Assembly: GCF_963921235.1 (NCBI RefSeq)
Contig: NC_086109.1
Coordinates: 124,001 to 188,000 of the forward strand
Length of the DNA: 64,000 nucleotides
Source of the DNA: Mobula hypostoma
Lineage: Eukaryota
Reading direction: 5' to 3'
Each line of letters begins with the position of its first letter. The stretch's first letter is position 1. The notes under the pieces are model-generated. The model was given only the letters and a program-made list of their open reading frames with translations. It ran no database searches and had not been told where the DNA came from. This document shows, in pieces, positions 49,001-63,740 of the stretch. Both the position numbers and the translations under genes were made by a program.

Positions 49001-52000
49001 TCACACACAGTCTCTCTCACAGTCTCCCGTACATTCTCACACACAGTCTCTCACACACAGTCTCACACACAGTCTCTCTCACAGTCTCCCGTACATTCTC
49101 ACACACAGTCTCTCACACACAGTCTCACACACAGTCTTTCACACAGTCTCTCGTACATTCTCTCTCACACAGTCCCTCACACGCAGTCTCTCAGAGTCTC
49201 GTACAGTCTCTCTCACACAGTCTCTCACAGTCTCTCTCACACAGTCTCTCACACACAGTCTGTCACACCACACACTCTCTCACACAGTCTCTCACACACA
49301 GTCTCTCTCACACAGTCTCTCGTACAGTCTCTCTCAGTCTCTCGTACTTTCTCTCTCACAGAGTCTCTCACACAGTCTCACACACACAGTCTCTCACACA
49401 CTCTCTCACAGTCTCACACACAGTCTCTCTCACAGTCTCTCTCACACAGTCTCTCTCTCAGTCTCTCGTACATTCTCTCACACACAGTCTCTCTCACACA
49501 GTCTCTCACACACAGTCTATCTCACACAGTCGGTCTCACAGTCTCTCTCACAGTCTCTCTCTCAGTCTCACGTACATTCTCTCTCACACAGTCTCAGACA
49601 CAGTCTCTCTCACAGTCTCCCGTACATTCTCACACACAGTCTCTCACACAGTCTCTCACACACAGTCTCACACACAGTCTCTCGTACAGTCTCTCTCACA
49701 CAGTCTCTCACAGTCTCTCTCACACAGTCTCTCACACACAGTCTGTCACACCACACACTCTCTCACACAGTCTCTCACACACAGTCTCTCTCACACAGTC
49801 TCTCGTACAGTCTCTCTCAGTCTCTCGTACATTCTCTCTCACAGAGTCTCTCACACAGTCTCACACACACAGTCTCTCACACACAATCTCTCTCACACAG
49901 TCTCTCACACACTCTCTCACAGTCTCACACACAGTCTCTCTCACAGTCTCTCTCACACAGTCTCTCTCTCAGTCTCTCGTACATTCTCTCTCACACAGTC
50001 TCTTACACACAGTCTCATACAGTCTCTCTCACAGTCTCCCGTACATTCTCACACACAGTCTCTCACAGAGTCTCTCACACAGTCTCTCACACACAGTCTC
50101 ACACACAGTCTTTCACACAGTCTCTCGTACATTCTCTCTCACACAGTCCCTCACACGCAGTCTCTCTCACACAGTCTCTCACACACAGTCTCTCTCACAC
50201 AGTCGGTCTCACAGTCTCTCTCTCAGTCTCTCGTACATTCTCTCTCACACAGTCTCACACACAGTCTCTCTCACAGTCTCCCGTACATTCTCACACACAG
50301 TCTCTCACACACAGTCTCTACACAGTCTTTCACACAGTCTCTCGTACATTCTCTCTCACACAGTCCCTCACACGCAGTCTCTCACAGAGTCTTGTACAGT
50401 CTCTCTCACACAGCCTCTCACAGTCTCACTCACACAGTCTCTCCCACACAGTCTGTCACACCACACACTCTCTCACACAGTCTCTCACACACAGTCTCTC
50501 TCACACAGTCTCACACACAGTCTCTCTCAGAGACTCTCACACAGTCTCTCTCGTACAGTCTCTCTCACACACTCTCACAGTCTCTCTCACAGTCTCTCAC
50601 ACACAGTCTCTCACACAGTCTCTCACACAGTCCCACTCAGTCTCTCTCAGTCTCTCACACAGTCTCTCTCACAGTCTCTCTCACACAGTCTCACACACAG
50701 TCTCTCTCACAGTCTCTCACACAGTCTCACTCACACAGTCTCGTACTGTCTCTCTCACACAGTCTCTCACAGTCTCTCGTACATTCTCTCTCACACAGTC
50801 TCTCTCACAGTCTCTAGTACATTCTCTCTCACAGTCTCTCGTACAGTCTCTCTCAGTCTCTCGTACATTCTCTCTCACACAGTCTCACACACACAGTGTC
50901 TCTCACACAGTCTCTCACACACTCTCTCACACACAGTCTCTCTCACACAGTCTCTCACACACAGTCTCTCTCACACAGTATCTCTCAGTCTCTCTCACAC
51001 AGTCTCTCGTACAGTCTCTCTCAGTCTCTCGTACATTCTCTCTCACACAGTCTCACACACACAGTCTCTCACACACAATCTTTCACACAGTCTCTCTCAC
51101 ACAGTCTCTCACACACAGTCTCTCTCACACAGTCGGTCTCACAGTCTCTCTCACAGTCTCTCTCTCAGTCTCTCGTACATTCTCTCTCACACAGTCTCAG
51201 ACACAGTCTCTCTCACAGTCTCCCGTACATTCTCACACACAGTCTCTCACACAGTCTCTCACACACAGTCTCACACACAGTCTTTCACACAGTCTCTCGT
51301 ACATTCTCTCTCACACAGTCCCTCACACGCAGTCTCTCACAGAGTCTCGTACAGTCTCTCTCACACAGTCTCTCACACACAGTCTGTCACACCACACACT
51401 CTCTCACACAGTCTCTCACACACAGTCTCTCTCACACAGTCTCTCGTACAGTCTCTCTCAGTCTCTCATACATTCTCTCTCACAGAGTCTCTCACACAGT
51501 CTCACACACACAGTCTCTCACACACAATCTCTCTCACACAGTCTCTCACACACTCTCTCACAGTCTCACACACAGTCTCTCTCACAGTCTCTCTCACACA
51601 GACTCTCTCTCAGTCTCTCGTACATTCTCTCTCACACAGTCTCTTACACACAGTCTCATACAGTCTCTCTCACAGTCTCCCGTACATTCTCACACACAGT
51701 CTCTCACAGAGTCTCTCACACAGTCTCTCACACACAGTCTCTACACAGTCTTTCACACAGTCTCTCGTACATTCTCTCTCACACAGTCCCTCACACGCAG
51801 TCTCTCACAGAGTCTCGTACAGTCTCTCTCACACAGTCTCTCACAGTCTCTCTCACACAGTCTCTCACACACAGTCTGTCACACCACACACTCTCTCACA
51901 CAGTCTCTCACACACAGTCTCTCTCACACAGCCTCTCGTACAGTCTCTCTCAGTCTCTCGTACATTCTCTCTCACAGAGTCTCTCACACAGTCTCACACA

Positions 52001-55000
52001 CACAGTCTCTCACACACAATCTCTCTCACACAGTCTCTCACACACTCTCTCACAGTCTCACACACAGTCTCTCTCACAGTCTCTCTCACACAGTCTCTCT
52101 CTCAGTCTCTCGTACATTCTCTCTCACACAGTCTCTTACACACAGTCTCATACAGTCTCTCTCACAGTCTCCCGTACATTCTCACACACAGTCTCTCACA
52201 GAGTCTCTCACACAGTCTCTCACACACAGTCTCTCGTACAGTCTCTCAGTCTCTCATACATACTCTCTCACACAGTCTCACACACACAGTCTCTCTCACA
52301 CAGTCTCTCACACACAGTCTCTCTCACACAGTCGGTCTCACAGTCTCTCTCACAGTCTCTCAGTCTCTCGTACATTCTCTCTCACACAGTCTCACACACA
52401 GTCTCTCTCACAGTCTCCCGTACATTCTCACACACAGTCTCTCACACAGTCTCTCACACACAGTCTCACACACAGTCTTTCACACAGTCTCTCGTACATT
52501 CTCTCTCACACAGTCCCTCACACGCAGTCTCTCACAGAGTCTCGTACAGTCTCTCTCACACAGTCTCTCACACACAGTCTCTCTCACACAGTCTCTCTCA
52601 CAGTCTCTCACACAGTCTCACACACAGTCTCTCACACGCAGTCTCTCACACAGTCTCACTGACAGTCTCGTACAGTCTCTCGTACATTCTCTCTCACAGT
52701 CTCTCTCACAGTCTCTCACACACAGTCTCTCTCATAGTCTCTCACACACAGTCTCTCTCAGAGACTCTCACACAGTCTCTCTCGTACAGTCTCTCTCACA
52801 CACTCTCACAGTCTCTCTCACAGTCTCTCACACACAGTCTCTCACACAGTCTCTCACACAGTCCCACTCAGTCTCTCTCAGTCTCTCACACAGTCTCTCT
52901 CACAGTCTCTCTCACACAGTCTCACACACAGTCTCTCTCACAGTCTCTCACACAGTCTCACTCACACAGTCTCGTACTGTCTCTCTCACACAGTCTCTCA
53001 CAGTCTCTCGTACATTCTCTCTCACACAGTCTCTCTCACAGTCTCTAGTACATTCTCTCTCACAGTCTCTCGTACAGTCTCTCTCAGTCTCTCGTACATT
53101 CTCTCTCACACAGTCTCACACACACAGTGTCTCTCACACAGTCTCTCACACACTCTCTCACACACAGTCTCTTTCACACAGTCTCTCACACACAGTCTCT
53201 CTCACACAGTATCTCTCAGTCTCTCTCACACAGTCTCTCGTACAGTCTCTCTCAGTCTCTCGTACATTCTCTCTCACACAGTCTCACACACACAGTCTCT
53301 CACACACAATCTTTCACACAGTCTCTCTCACACAGTCTCTCACACACAGTCTCTCTCACACAGTCGGTCTCACAGTCTCTCTCACAGTCTCTCTCTCAGT
53401 CTCTCGTACATTCTCTCTCACACAGTCTCAGACACAGTCTCTCTCACAGTCTCCCGTACATTCTCACACACAGTCTCTCACACAGTCTCTCACACACAGT
53501 CTCACACACAGTCTTTCACACAGTCTCTCGTACATTCTCTCTCACACAGTCCCTCACACGCAGTCTCTCACAGAGTCTCGTACAGTCTCTCTCACACAGT
53601 CTCTCACACACAGTCTGTCACACCACACACTCTCTCACACAGTCTCTCACACACAGTCTCTCTCACACAGTCTCTCGTACAGTCTCTCTCAGTCTCTCAT
53701 ACATTCTCTCTCACAGAGTCTCTCACACAGTCTCACACACACAGTCTCTCACACACAATCTCTCTCACACAGTCTCTCACACACTCTCTCACAGTCTCAC
53801 ACACAGTCTCTCTCACAGTCTCTCTCACACAGACTCTCTCTCAGTCTCTCGTACATTCTCTCTCACACAGTCTCTTACACACAGTCTCATACAGTCTCTC
53901 TCACAGTCTCCCGTACATTCTCACACACAGTCTCTCACAGAGTCTCTCACACACAGTCTCACACACAGTCTTTCACACAGTCTCTCGTACATTCTCTCTC
54001 ACACAGTCCCTCACACGCAGTCTCTCTCACACAGTCTCTCACACACAGTCTCTCTCACACAGTCGGTCTCACAGTCTCTCTCACAGTCTCTCTCTCAGTC
54101 TCTCGTACATTCTCTCTCACACAGTCTCACACACAGTCTCTCTCACAGTCTCCCGTACATTCTCACACACAGTCTCTCACACACAGTCTCACACACAGTC
54201 TCTCTCACAGTCTCCCGTACATTCTCACACACAGTCTCTCACACACAGTCTCACACACAGTCTTTCACACAGTCTCTCGTACATTCTCTCTCACACAGTC
54301 CCTCACACGCAGTCTCTCACAGAGTCTCGTACAGTCTCTCTCACACAGTCTCTCACAGTCTCTCTCACACAGTCTCTCACACACAGTCTGTCACACCACA
54401 CACTCTCTCACACAGTCTCTCACACACAGTCTCTCTCACACAGTCTCTCGTACAGTCTCTCTCAGTCTCTCGTACTTTCTCTCTCACAGAGTCTCTCACA
54501 CAGTCTCACACACACAGTCTCTCACACACTCTCTCACAGTCTCACACACAGTCTCTCTCACAGTCTCTCTCACACAGTCTCTCTCTCAGTCTCTCGTACA
54601 TTCTCTCACACACAGTCTCTCTCACACAGTCTCTCACACACAGTCTATCTCACACAGTCGGTCTCACAGTCTCTCTCACAGTCTCTCTCTCAGTCTCACG
54701 TACATTCTCTCTCACACAGTCTCAGACACAGTCTCTCTCACAGTCTCCCGTACATTCTCACACACAGTCTCTCACACAGTCTCTCACACACAGTCTCACA
54801 CACAGTCTCTCGTACAGTCTCTCTCACACAGTCTCTCACAGTCTCTCTCACACAGTCTCTCACACACAGTCTGTCACACCACACACTCTCTCACACAGTC
54901 TCTCACACACAGTCTCTCTCACACAGTCTCTCGTACAGTCTCTCTCAGTCTCTCGTACATTCTCTCTCACAGAGTCTCTCACACAGTCTCACACACACAG

Positions 55001-58000
55001 TCTCTCACACACAATCTCTCTCACACAGTCTCTCACACACTCTCTCACAGTCTCACACACAGTCTCTCTCACAGTCTCTCTCACACAGTCTCTCTCTCAG
55101 TCTCTCGTACATTCTCTCTCACACAGTCTCTTACACACAGTCTCATACAGTCTCTCTCACAGTCTCCCGTACATTCTCACACACAGTCTCTCACAGAGTC
55201 TCTCACACAGTCTCTCACACACAGTCTCACACACAGTCTTTCACACAGTCTCTCGTACATTCTCTCTCACACAGTCCCTCACACGCAGTCTCTCTCACAC
55301 AGTCTCTCACACACAGTCTCTCTCACACAGTCGGTCTCACAGTCTCTCTCTCAGTCTCTCGTACATTCTCTCTCACACAGTCTCACACACAGTCTCTCTC
55401 ACAGTCTCCCGTACATTCTCACACACAGTCTCTCACACACAGTCTCTACACAGTCTTTCACACAGTCTCTCGTACATTCTCTCTCACACAGTCCCTCACA
55501 CGCAGTCTCTCACAGAGTCTTGTACAGTCTCTCTCACACAGCCTCTCACAGTCTCACTCACACAGTCTCTCCCACACAGTCTGTCACACCACACACTCTC
55601 TCACACAGTCTCTCACACACAGTCTCTCTCACACAGTCTCACACACAGTCTCTCTCAGAGACTCTCACACAGTCTCTCTCGTACAGTCTCTCTCACACAC
55701 TCTCACAGTCTCTCTCACAGTCTCTCACACACAGTCTCTCACACAGTCTCTCACACAGTCCCACTCAGTCTCTCTCAGTCTCTCACACAGTCTCTCTCAC
55801 AGTCTCTCTCACACAGTCTCACACACAGTCTCTCTCACAGTCTCTCACACAGTCTCACTCACACAGTCTCGTACTGTCTCTCTCACACAGTCTCTCACAG
55901 TCTCTCGTACATTCTCTCTCACACAGTCTCTCTCACAGTCTCTCTAGTACATTCTCTCTCACAGTCTCTCGTACAGTCTCTCTCAGTCTCTCGTACATTC
56001 TCTCTCACACAGTCTCACACACACAGTGTCTCTCACACAGTCTCTCACACACTCTCTCACACACAGTCTCTCTCACACAGTCTCTCACACACAGTCTCTC
56101 TCACACAGTATCTCTCAGTCTCTCTCACACAGTCTCTCGTACAGTCTCTCTCAGTCTCTCGTACATTCTCTCTCACACAGTCTCACACACACAGTCTCTC
56201 ACACACAATCTTTCACACAGTCTCTCTCACACAGTCTCTCACACACAGTCTCTCTCACACAGTCGGTCTCACAGTCTCTCTCACAGTCTCTCTCTCAGTC
56301 TCTCGTACATTCTCTCTCACACAGTCTCAGACACAGTCTCTCTCACAGTCTCCCGTACATTCTCACACACAGTCTCTCACACAGTCTCTCACACACAGTC
56401 TCACACACAGTCTTTCACACAGTCTCTCGTACATTCTCTCTCACACAGTCCCTCACACGCAGTCTCTCACAGAGTCTCGTACAGTCTCTCTCACACAGTC
56501 TCTCACACACAGTCTGTCACACCACACACTCTCTCACACAGTCTCTCACACACAGTCTCTCTCACACAGTCTCTCGTACAGTCTCTCTCAGTCTCTCATA
56601 CATTCTCTCTCACAGAGTCTCTCACACAGTCTCACACACACAGTCTCTCACACACAATCTCTCTCACACAGTCTCTCACACACTCTCTCACAGTCTCACA
56701 CACAGTCTCTCTCACAGTCTCTCTCACACAGACTCTCTCTCAGTCTCTCGTACATTCTCTCTCACACAGTCTCTTACACACAGTCTCATACAGTCTCTCT
56801 CACAGTCTCCCGTACATTCTCACACACAGTCTCTCACAGAGTCTCTCACACAGTCTCTCACACACAGTCTCTACACAGTCTTTCACACAGTCTCTCGTAC
56901 ATTCTCTCTCACACAGTCCCTCACACGCAGTCTCTCACAGAGTCTCGTACAGTCTCTCTCACACAGTCTCTCACAGTCTCTCTCACACAGTCTCTCACAC
57001 ACAGTCTGTCACACCACACACTCTCTCACACAGTCTCTCACACACAGTCTCTCTCACACAGCCTCTCGTACAGTCTCTCTCAGTCTCTCGTACATTCTCT
57101 CTCACAGAGTCTCTCACACAGTCTCACACACACAGTCTCTCACACACAATCTCTCTCACACAGTCTCTCACACACTCTCTCACAGTCTCACACACAGTCT
57201 CTCTCACAGTCTCTCTCACACAGTCTCTCTCTCAGTCTCTCGTACATTCTCTCTCACACAGTCTCTTACACACAGTCTCATACAGTCTCTCTCACAGTCT
57301 CCCGTACATTCTCACACACAGTCTCTCACAGAGTCTCTCACACAGTCTCTCACACACAGTCTCTCGTACAGTCTCTCAGTCTCTCATACATACTCTCTCA
57401 CACAGTCTCACACACACAGTCTCTCTCACACAGTCTCTCACACACAGTCTCTCTCACACAGTCGGTCTCACAGTCTCTCTCACAGTCTCTCAGTCTCTCG
57501 TACATTCTCTCTCACACAGTCTCACACACAGTCTCTCTCACAGTCTCCCGTACATTCTCACACACAGTCTCTCACACAGTCTCTCACACACAGTCTCACA
57601 CACAGTCTTTCACACAGTCTCTCGTACATTCTCTCTCACACAGTCCCTCACACGCAGTCTCTCACAGAGTCTCGTACAGTCTCTCTCACACAGTCTCTCA
57701 CACACAGTCTCTCTCACACAGTCTCTCTCACAGTCTCTCACACAGTCTCACACACAGTCTCTCACACGCAGTCTCTCACACAGTCTCACTGACAGTCTCG
57801 TACAGTCTCTCGTACATTCTCTCTCACAGTCTCTCTCACAGTCTCTCACACACAGTCTCTCTCATAGTCTCTCACACACAGTCTCTCTCAGAGACTCTCA
57901 CACAGTCTCTCTCGTACAGTCTCTCTCACACACTCTCACAGTCTCTCTCACAGTCTCTCACACACAGTCTCTCACACAGTCTCTCACACAGTCCCACTCA

Positions 58001-61000
58001 GTCTCTCTCAGTCTCTCACACAGTCTCTCTCACAGTCTCTCTCACACAGTCTCACACACAGTCTCTCTCACAGTCTCTCACACAGTCTCACTCACACAGT
58101 CTCGTACTGTCTCTCTCACACAGTCTCTCACAGTCTCTCGTACATTCTCTCTCACACAGTCTCTCTCACAGTCTCTAGTACATTCTCTCTCACAGTCTCT
58201 CGTACAGTCTCTCTCAGTCTCTCGTACATTCTCTCTCACACAGTCTCACACACACAGTGTCTCTCACACAGTCTCTCACACACTCTCTCACACACAGTCT
58301 CTTTCACACAGTCTCTCACACACAGTCTCTCTCACACAGTATCTCTCAGTCTCTCTCACACAGTCTCTCGTACAGTCTCTCTCAGTCTCTCGTACATTCT
58401 CTCTCACACAGTCTCACACACACAGTCTCTCACACACAATCTTTCACACAGTCTCTCTCACACAGTCTCTCACACACAGTCTCTCTCACACAGTCGGTCT
58501 CACAGTCTCTCTCACAGTCTCTCTCTCAGTCTCTCGTACATTCTCTCTCACACAGTCTCAGACACAGTCTCTCTCACAGTCTCCCGTACATTCTCACACA
58601 CAGTCTCTCACACAGTCTCTCACACACAGTCTCACACACAGTCTTTCACACAGTCTCTCGTACATTCTCTCTCACACAGTCCCTCACACGCAGTCTCTCA
58701 CAGAGTCTCGTACAGTCTCTCTCACACAGTCTCTCACACACAGTCTGTCACACCACACACTCTCTCACACAGTCTCTCACACACAGTCTCTCTCACACAG
58801 TCTCTCGTACAGTCTCTCTCAGTCTCTCATACATTCTCTCTCACAGAGTCTCTCACACAGTCTCACACACACAGTCTCTCACACACAATCTCTCTCACAC
58901 AGTCTCTCACACACTCTCTCACAGTCTCACACACAGTCTCTCTCACAGTCTCTCTCACACAGACTCTCTCTCAGTCTCTCGTACATTCTCTCTCACACAG
59001 TCTCTTACACACAGTCTCATACAGTCTCTCTCACAGTCTCCCGTACATTCTCACACACAGTCTCTCACAGAGTCTCTCACACACAGTCTCACACACAGTC
59101 TTTCACACAGTCTCTCGTACATTCTCTCTCACACAGTCCCTCACACGCAGTCTCTCTCACACAGTCTCTCACACACAGTCTCTCTCACACAGTCGGTCTC
59201 ACAGTCTCTCTCACAGTCTCTCTCTCAGTCTCTCGTACATTCTCTCTCACACAGTCTCACACACAGTCTCTCTCACAGTCTCCCGTACATTCTCACACAC
59301 AGTCTCTCACACACAGTCTCACACACAGTCTCTCTCACAGTCTCCCGTACATTCTCACACACAGTCTCTCACACACAGTCTCACACACAGTCTTTCACAC
59401 AGTCTCTCGTACATTCTCTCTCACACAGTCCCTCACACGCAGTCTCTCACAGAGTCTCGTACAGTCTCTCTCACACAGTCTCTCACAGTCTCTCTCACAC
59501 AGTCTCTCACACACAGTCTGTCACACCACACACTCTCTCACACAGTCTCTCACACACAGTCTCTCTCACACAGTCTCTCGTACAGTCTCTCTCAGTCTCT
59601 CGTACTTTCTCTCTCACAGAGTCTCTCACACAGTCTCACACACACAGTCTCTCACACACTCTCTCACAGTCTCACACACAGTCTCTCTCACAGTCTCTCT
59701 CACACAGTCTCTCTCTCAGTCTCTCGTACATTCTCTCACACACAGTCTCTCTCACACAGTCTCTCACACACAGTCTATCTCACACAGTCGGTCTCACAGT
59801 CTCTCTCACAGTCTCTCTCTCAGTCTCACGTACATTCTCTCTCACACAGTCTCAGACACAGTCTCTCTCACAGTCTCCCGTACATTCTCACACACAGTCT
59901 CTCACACAGTCTCTCACACACAGTCTCACACACAGTCTCTCGTACAGTCTCTCTCACACAGTCTCTCACACACTCTCTCACACAGTCTCTCACACACAGT
60001 CTGTCACACCACACACTCTCTCACACAGTCTCTCACACACAGTCTCTCTCACACAGTCTCTCGTACAGTCTCTCTCAGTCTCTCGTACATTCTCTCTCAC
60101 AGAGTCTCTCACACAGTCTCACACACACAGTCTCTCACACACAATCTCTCTCACACAGTCTCTCACACACTCTCTCACAGTCTCACACACAGTCTCTCTC
60201 ACAGTCTCTCTCACACAGTCTCTCTCTCAGTCTCTCGTACATTCTCTCTCACACAGTCTCTTACACACAGTCTCATACAGTCTCTCTCACAGTCTCCCGT
60301 ACATTCTCACACACAGTCTCTCACAGAGTCTCTCACACAGTCTCTCACACACAGTCTCACACACAGTCTTTCACACAGTCTCTCGTACATTCTCTCTCAC
60401 ACAGTCCCTCACACGCAGTCTCTCTCACACAGTCTCTCACACACAGTCTCTCTCACACAGTCGGTCTCACAGTCTCTCTCACAGTCTCTCTCTCAGTCTC
60501 TCGTACATTCTCTCTCACACAGTCTCACACACAGTCTCTCTCACAGTCTCCCGTACATTCTCACACACAGTCTCTCACACACAGTCTCTACACAGTCTTT
60601 CACACAGTCTCTCGTACATTCTCTCTCACACAGTCCCTCACACGCAGTCTCTCACAGAGTCTCGTACAGTCTCTCTCACACAGCCTCTCACAGTCTCACT
60701 CACACAGTCTCTCCCACACAGTCTGTCACACCACACACTCTCTCACACAGTCTCTCACACACAGTCTCTCTCACACAGTCTCTCGTACAGTCTCTCTCAG
60801 TCTCTCGTACATTCTCTCTCACAGAGTCTCTCACACAGTCTCACACACACAGTCTCTCACACACAATCTCTCTCACACAGTCTCTCACACACTCTCTCAC
60901 AGTCTCACACACAGTCTCTCTCACAGTCTCTCTCACACAGTCTCTCTCTCAGTCTCTCGTACATTCTCTCTCACACAGTCTCTTACACACAGTCTCATAC

Positions 61001-62997
61001 AGTCTCTCTCACAGTCTCCCGTACATTCTCACACACAGTCTCTCACACAGTCTCTCACACACAGTCTCACACACAGTCTTTCACACAGTCTCTCGTACAT
61101 TCTCTCTCACACAGTCCCTCACACGCAGTCTCTCACAGAGTCTCGTACAGTCTCTCTCACACAGTCTCTCACACACAGTCTCTCTCACACAGTCTCTCAC
61201 ACAGTCTCACTCACACAGTCTCGTACTGTCTCTCTCACACAGTCTCTCGTATATTCTCTCTCACACAGTCTCTCGTACAGTCTCTCTCACACAGTCTCTC
61301 TCGTTCATTCTCTCTCACACGCAGTCTCTCACACAGTCTCGTACAGTCACTCTCACACAGTCTCTCACAGTCTCTCTCACAGTCTCTCTCACACAGTCTC
61401 ACACACAGTCTCTCTCACAGTCTCTCGTACATTCTCTCTCACTCACAGTCTCTCTCACAATCTCTCACACAGTCTCTCACACAATGTCTCACACAGTCTC
61501 TCTCACACAGTCTCTCACACAGTCTCTCTCACACAGTCTCTCGTACAGTCTCTCTCACACAGTCTCTTACAGTCTCTTGTACATTCTCTCTCTCACAGTC
61601 TCTCTCACACAGTCTCTCACACAGTCTCTCTCACACATTCTCTCACACAGTCCCTCACACACAGTCTCTCTCACACAGTCTCTCGTACATTCTATCTCAC
61701 ACAGTCTCTCTCGTACATTCTCTCTCACACACAGTCTCTCTCACACAGTCTCCGTACATTCTCTCTCACACAGTCTCTCTCACACAGTCTCTCACACAAT
61801 CTCTCACACAGTCTCTCTCACACAGTCTCTCAGACACAGTCTCTCACACACAGTCTCTCACACAGTCTCTCACACAATCTCTCACACACAGTCTCTCACA
61901 CAGTCTCTCTCACACAATCTCTCACACAATCTCTCACACAGTCTCTCACACAGTCTCTCACACAATCTCTCACACAGTCTCTCTCACACAGTCTCTCGTA
62001 CAGTCTCTCTCAGTCTGTCTCACACAGTCTCTCGTACAGTCTCTCTCAGTCTCTCTCACACAGTCTCTCTCACAGTCTCTCACACAATCTCTCACACAGT
62101 CTCTCACACACAGTCTCTCACACACAGTCTCTCGTACATTCTCTCAGTCTCTCGTACAGTCTCTCTCACAGTCTCTCACACAGTCTCTCTCACACAGTCT
62201 CTCACACAGTCTCTCGTACAGTCTCTCTCACAGTCTCAGTCTCTCACATAGTCTCTCGTACAGTCTCTCTCACAGTCTCTTACACAGTCTCTCGTACAGT
62301 CTCTCTCACACAGTCTCTCTCACAGTCTCTCACACACAGTTTCACACAGTCTCTCTCACACAGTCTGTCTCACAGTCTCTCACACAGTCTCTCTCACACA
62401 GTCTCTCACACAGTCTCTCATACAGTCTCTCTCACACAGTCTCTCACAGTCTCTCGTACAGTCTCTCTCACAGTCTCTCACACAGTCTCTCTCACAGTCT
62501 CTTACACAGTCTCTCTCACACAGTCTCTCTCACACAGTCTCTTACACAGTCTCTCTCACACAGTCTCTCTCACACAGTCTCTCACACAGTCTCTCACACA
62601 CAGTTTCTCACACATTCTCTCTCACAGTCTCTCACACAGTCTCTCACAGTCTCTCTCAGTCTCTCACACAGTCTCTCGTACAGTCTCTCACACAGTCTCT
62701 CTCACAGCCTCTCACACAGTCTCTCTCGTACATTCTCTCTCACAGTGTCTCACACACAGTTTCTCACACATTCTCTCACACCGTCTCTCTCACACAGTCT
62801 CTCGTACAGTCTCTCTCACAGTATCTCACACACAGTCTCTCGTATAGCCACATCCCCTCTCAGTCTCTCGTATAGTTACATTCTCTCTCACACACAGTCT
62901 CTCTCACACAGTCTCTCACATACAGTCTCTCTCACACAGTCTCTCTCACACAGTCTCTCTCCCTCACACACACAGTCTCTCTCTCTCTCTCTTTCTC
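28010..62997. repeat. ~35-kb satellite of CAGT(CT)n(CA)n units (10-18 bp) with CGTACA variants and multi-kb higher-order repeats
   Basis: Directly visible. Rare variants recur at offsets of 4363 and 5128-5130 bp. Confidence 0.98.
28765..28964. other. Assembly gap (200 N)
   Basis: Run of N inside the satellite. Confidence 1.
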
Positions 62998-63009
62998 TCC
63001 TGCATATGC

Positions 63010-63738
63010 ACACTGATGATCTGGAAGAGGGGACCGAGTGTAGTGTGTATAAGTTTGCTGATGTTAGTAAATTGAGTGGAAAATCAAATTGCCCAGAAGA
63101 TACAGAGAGTCTGCAGAGAGACATAGATAGGTTTAGTGAGTGGGGAAGGGTCTGGCAGATGGAGTACAATGTTGGTAAATGTGAGGTCATCCACTTTGGA
63201 AGGAAAAATGGAGGATCAGAGAATTATTTAAATGGTAAAAGATTGCAGTATGCCGCTGTGCAGAGGGACTTGGGAGTGCTTGTACATGAATCACAAAAGG
63301 TTGGTTTGCAGGTGCAGCAGGCTGTCAAGAAGGCAAATGGGATGTTGGCCTTCATGGCTCGAGGGATTGAATTTAAGAGCAGGGAGGTTGTGCTACAACT
63401 GTACAGGGTACTGGTGAGGCCACACCTGGAGTACTGTGTGCAGCTCTGGTCTCCTTACTTGAGGAAGGATATACTGGCTTTGGAGGCGATGCAGAGGAGG
63501 TTCACCAGGTTGATTCCAGGGATGAGGGGTATACACTATGAGCAGAGATTGAGTCTCCTGGGATTGTACTTGCTGGAGTTCAGAAGAATGAGAGGAGATC
63601 TTATAGAAACATATAAAATTATGTTCAAGATTCAGGGATTAGATTTAGGATGGAGATGAAGAGGAACTGCTTTTCCCAAAGGGTGGTGAATCTGTGGAAT
63701 TCTCTATCCAATGAAGCAGCGGAGGCTACCTCAGTATA
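63010..63738 (+). mobile_element. 5'-truncated CR1 LINE, RT C-terminal part
   Basis: Contains DDLEEG..KFADVSKL, WQMEYNVGKCEVIHFG, QRDLGV, VRPHLEYCVQLWSP, RGDLIETYKIM and RVVNLWNSL. There is an internal deletion near 63625, and it is interrupted by the Tc1 element. Confidence 0.95.
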
Positions 63739-63740
63739 TA

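Noticed and set aside
27991..62997. Ser/His/Thr/Leu-rich ORFs up to 2402 aa
   Set aside because: These are translations of the CA/CT satellite, with the same content in all frames.
58257..63659. 1800-aa ORF apparently fusing a repeat protein to reverse transcriptase
   Set aside because: Chance in-frame read-through from the satellite into a 5'-truncated CR1 whose catalytic motif is degenerate (FADV).
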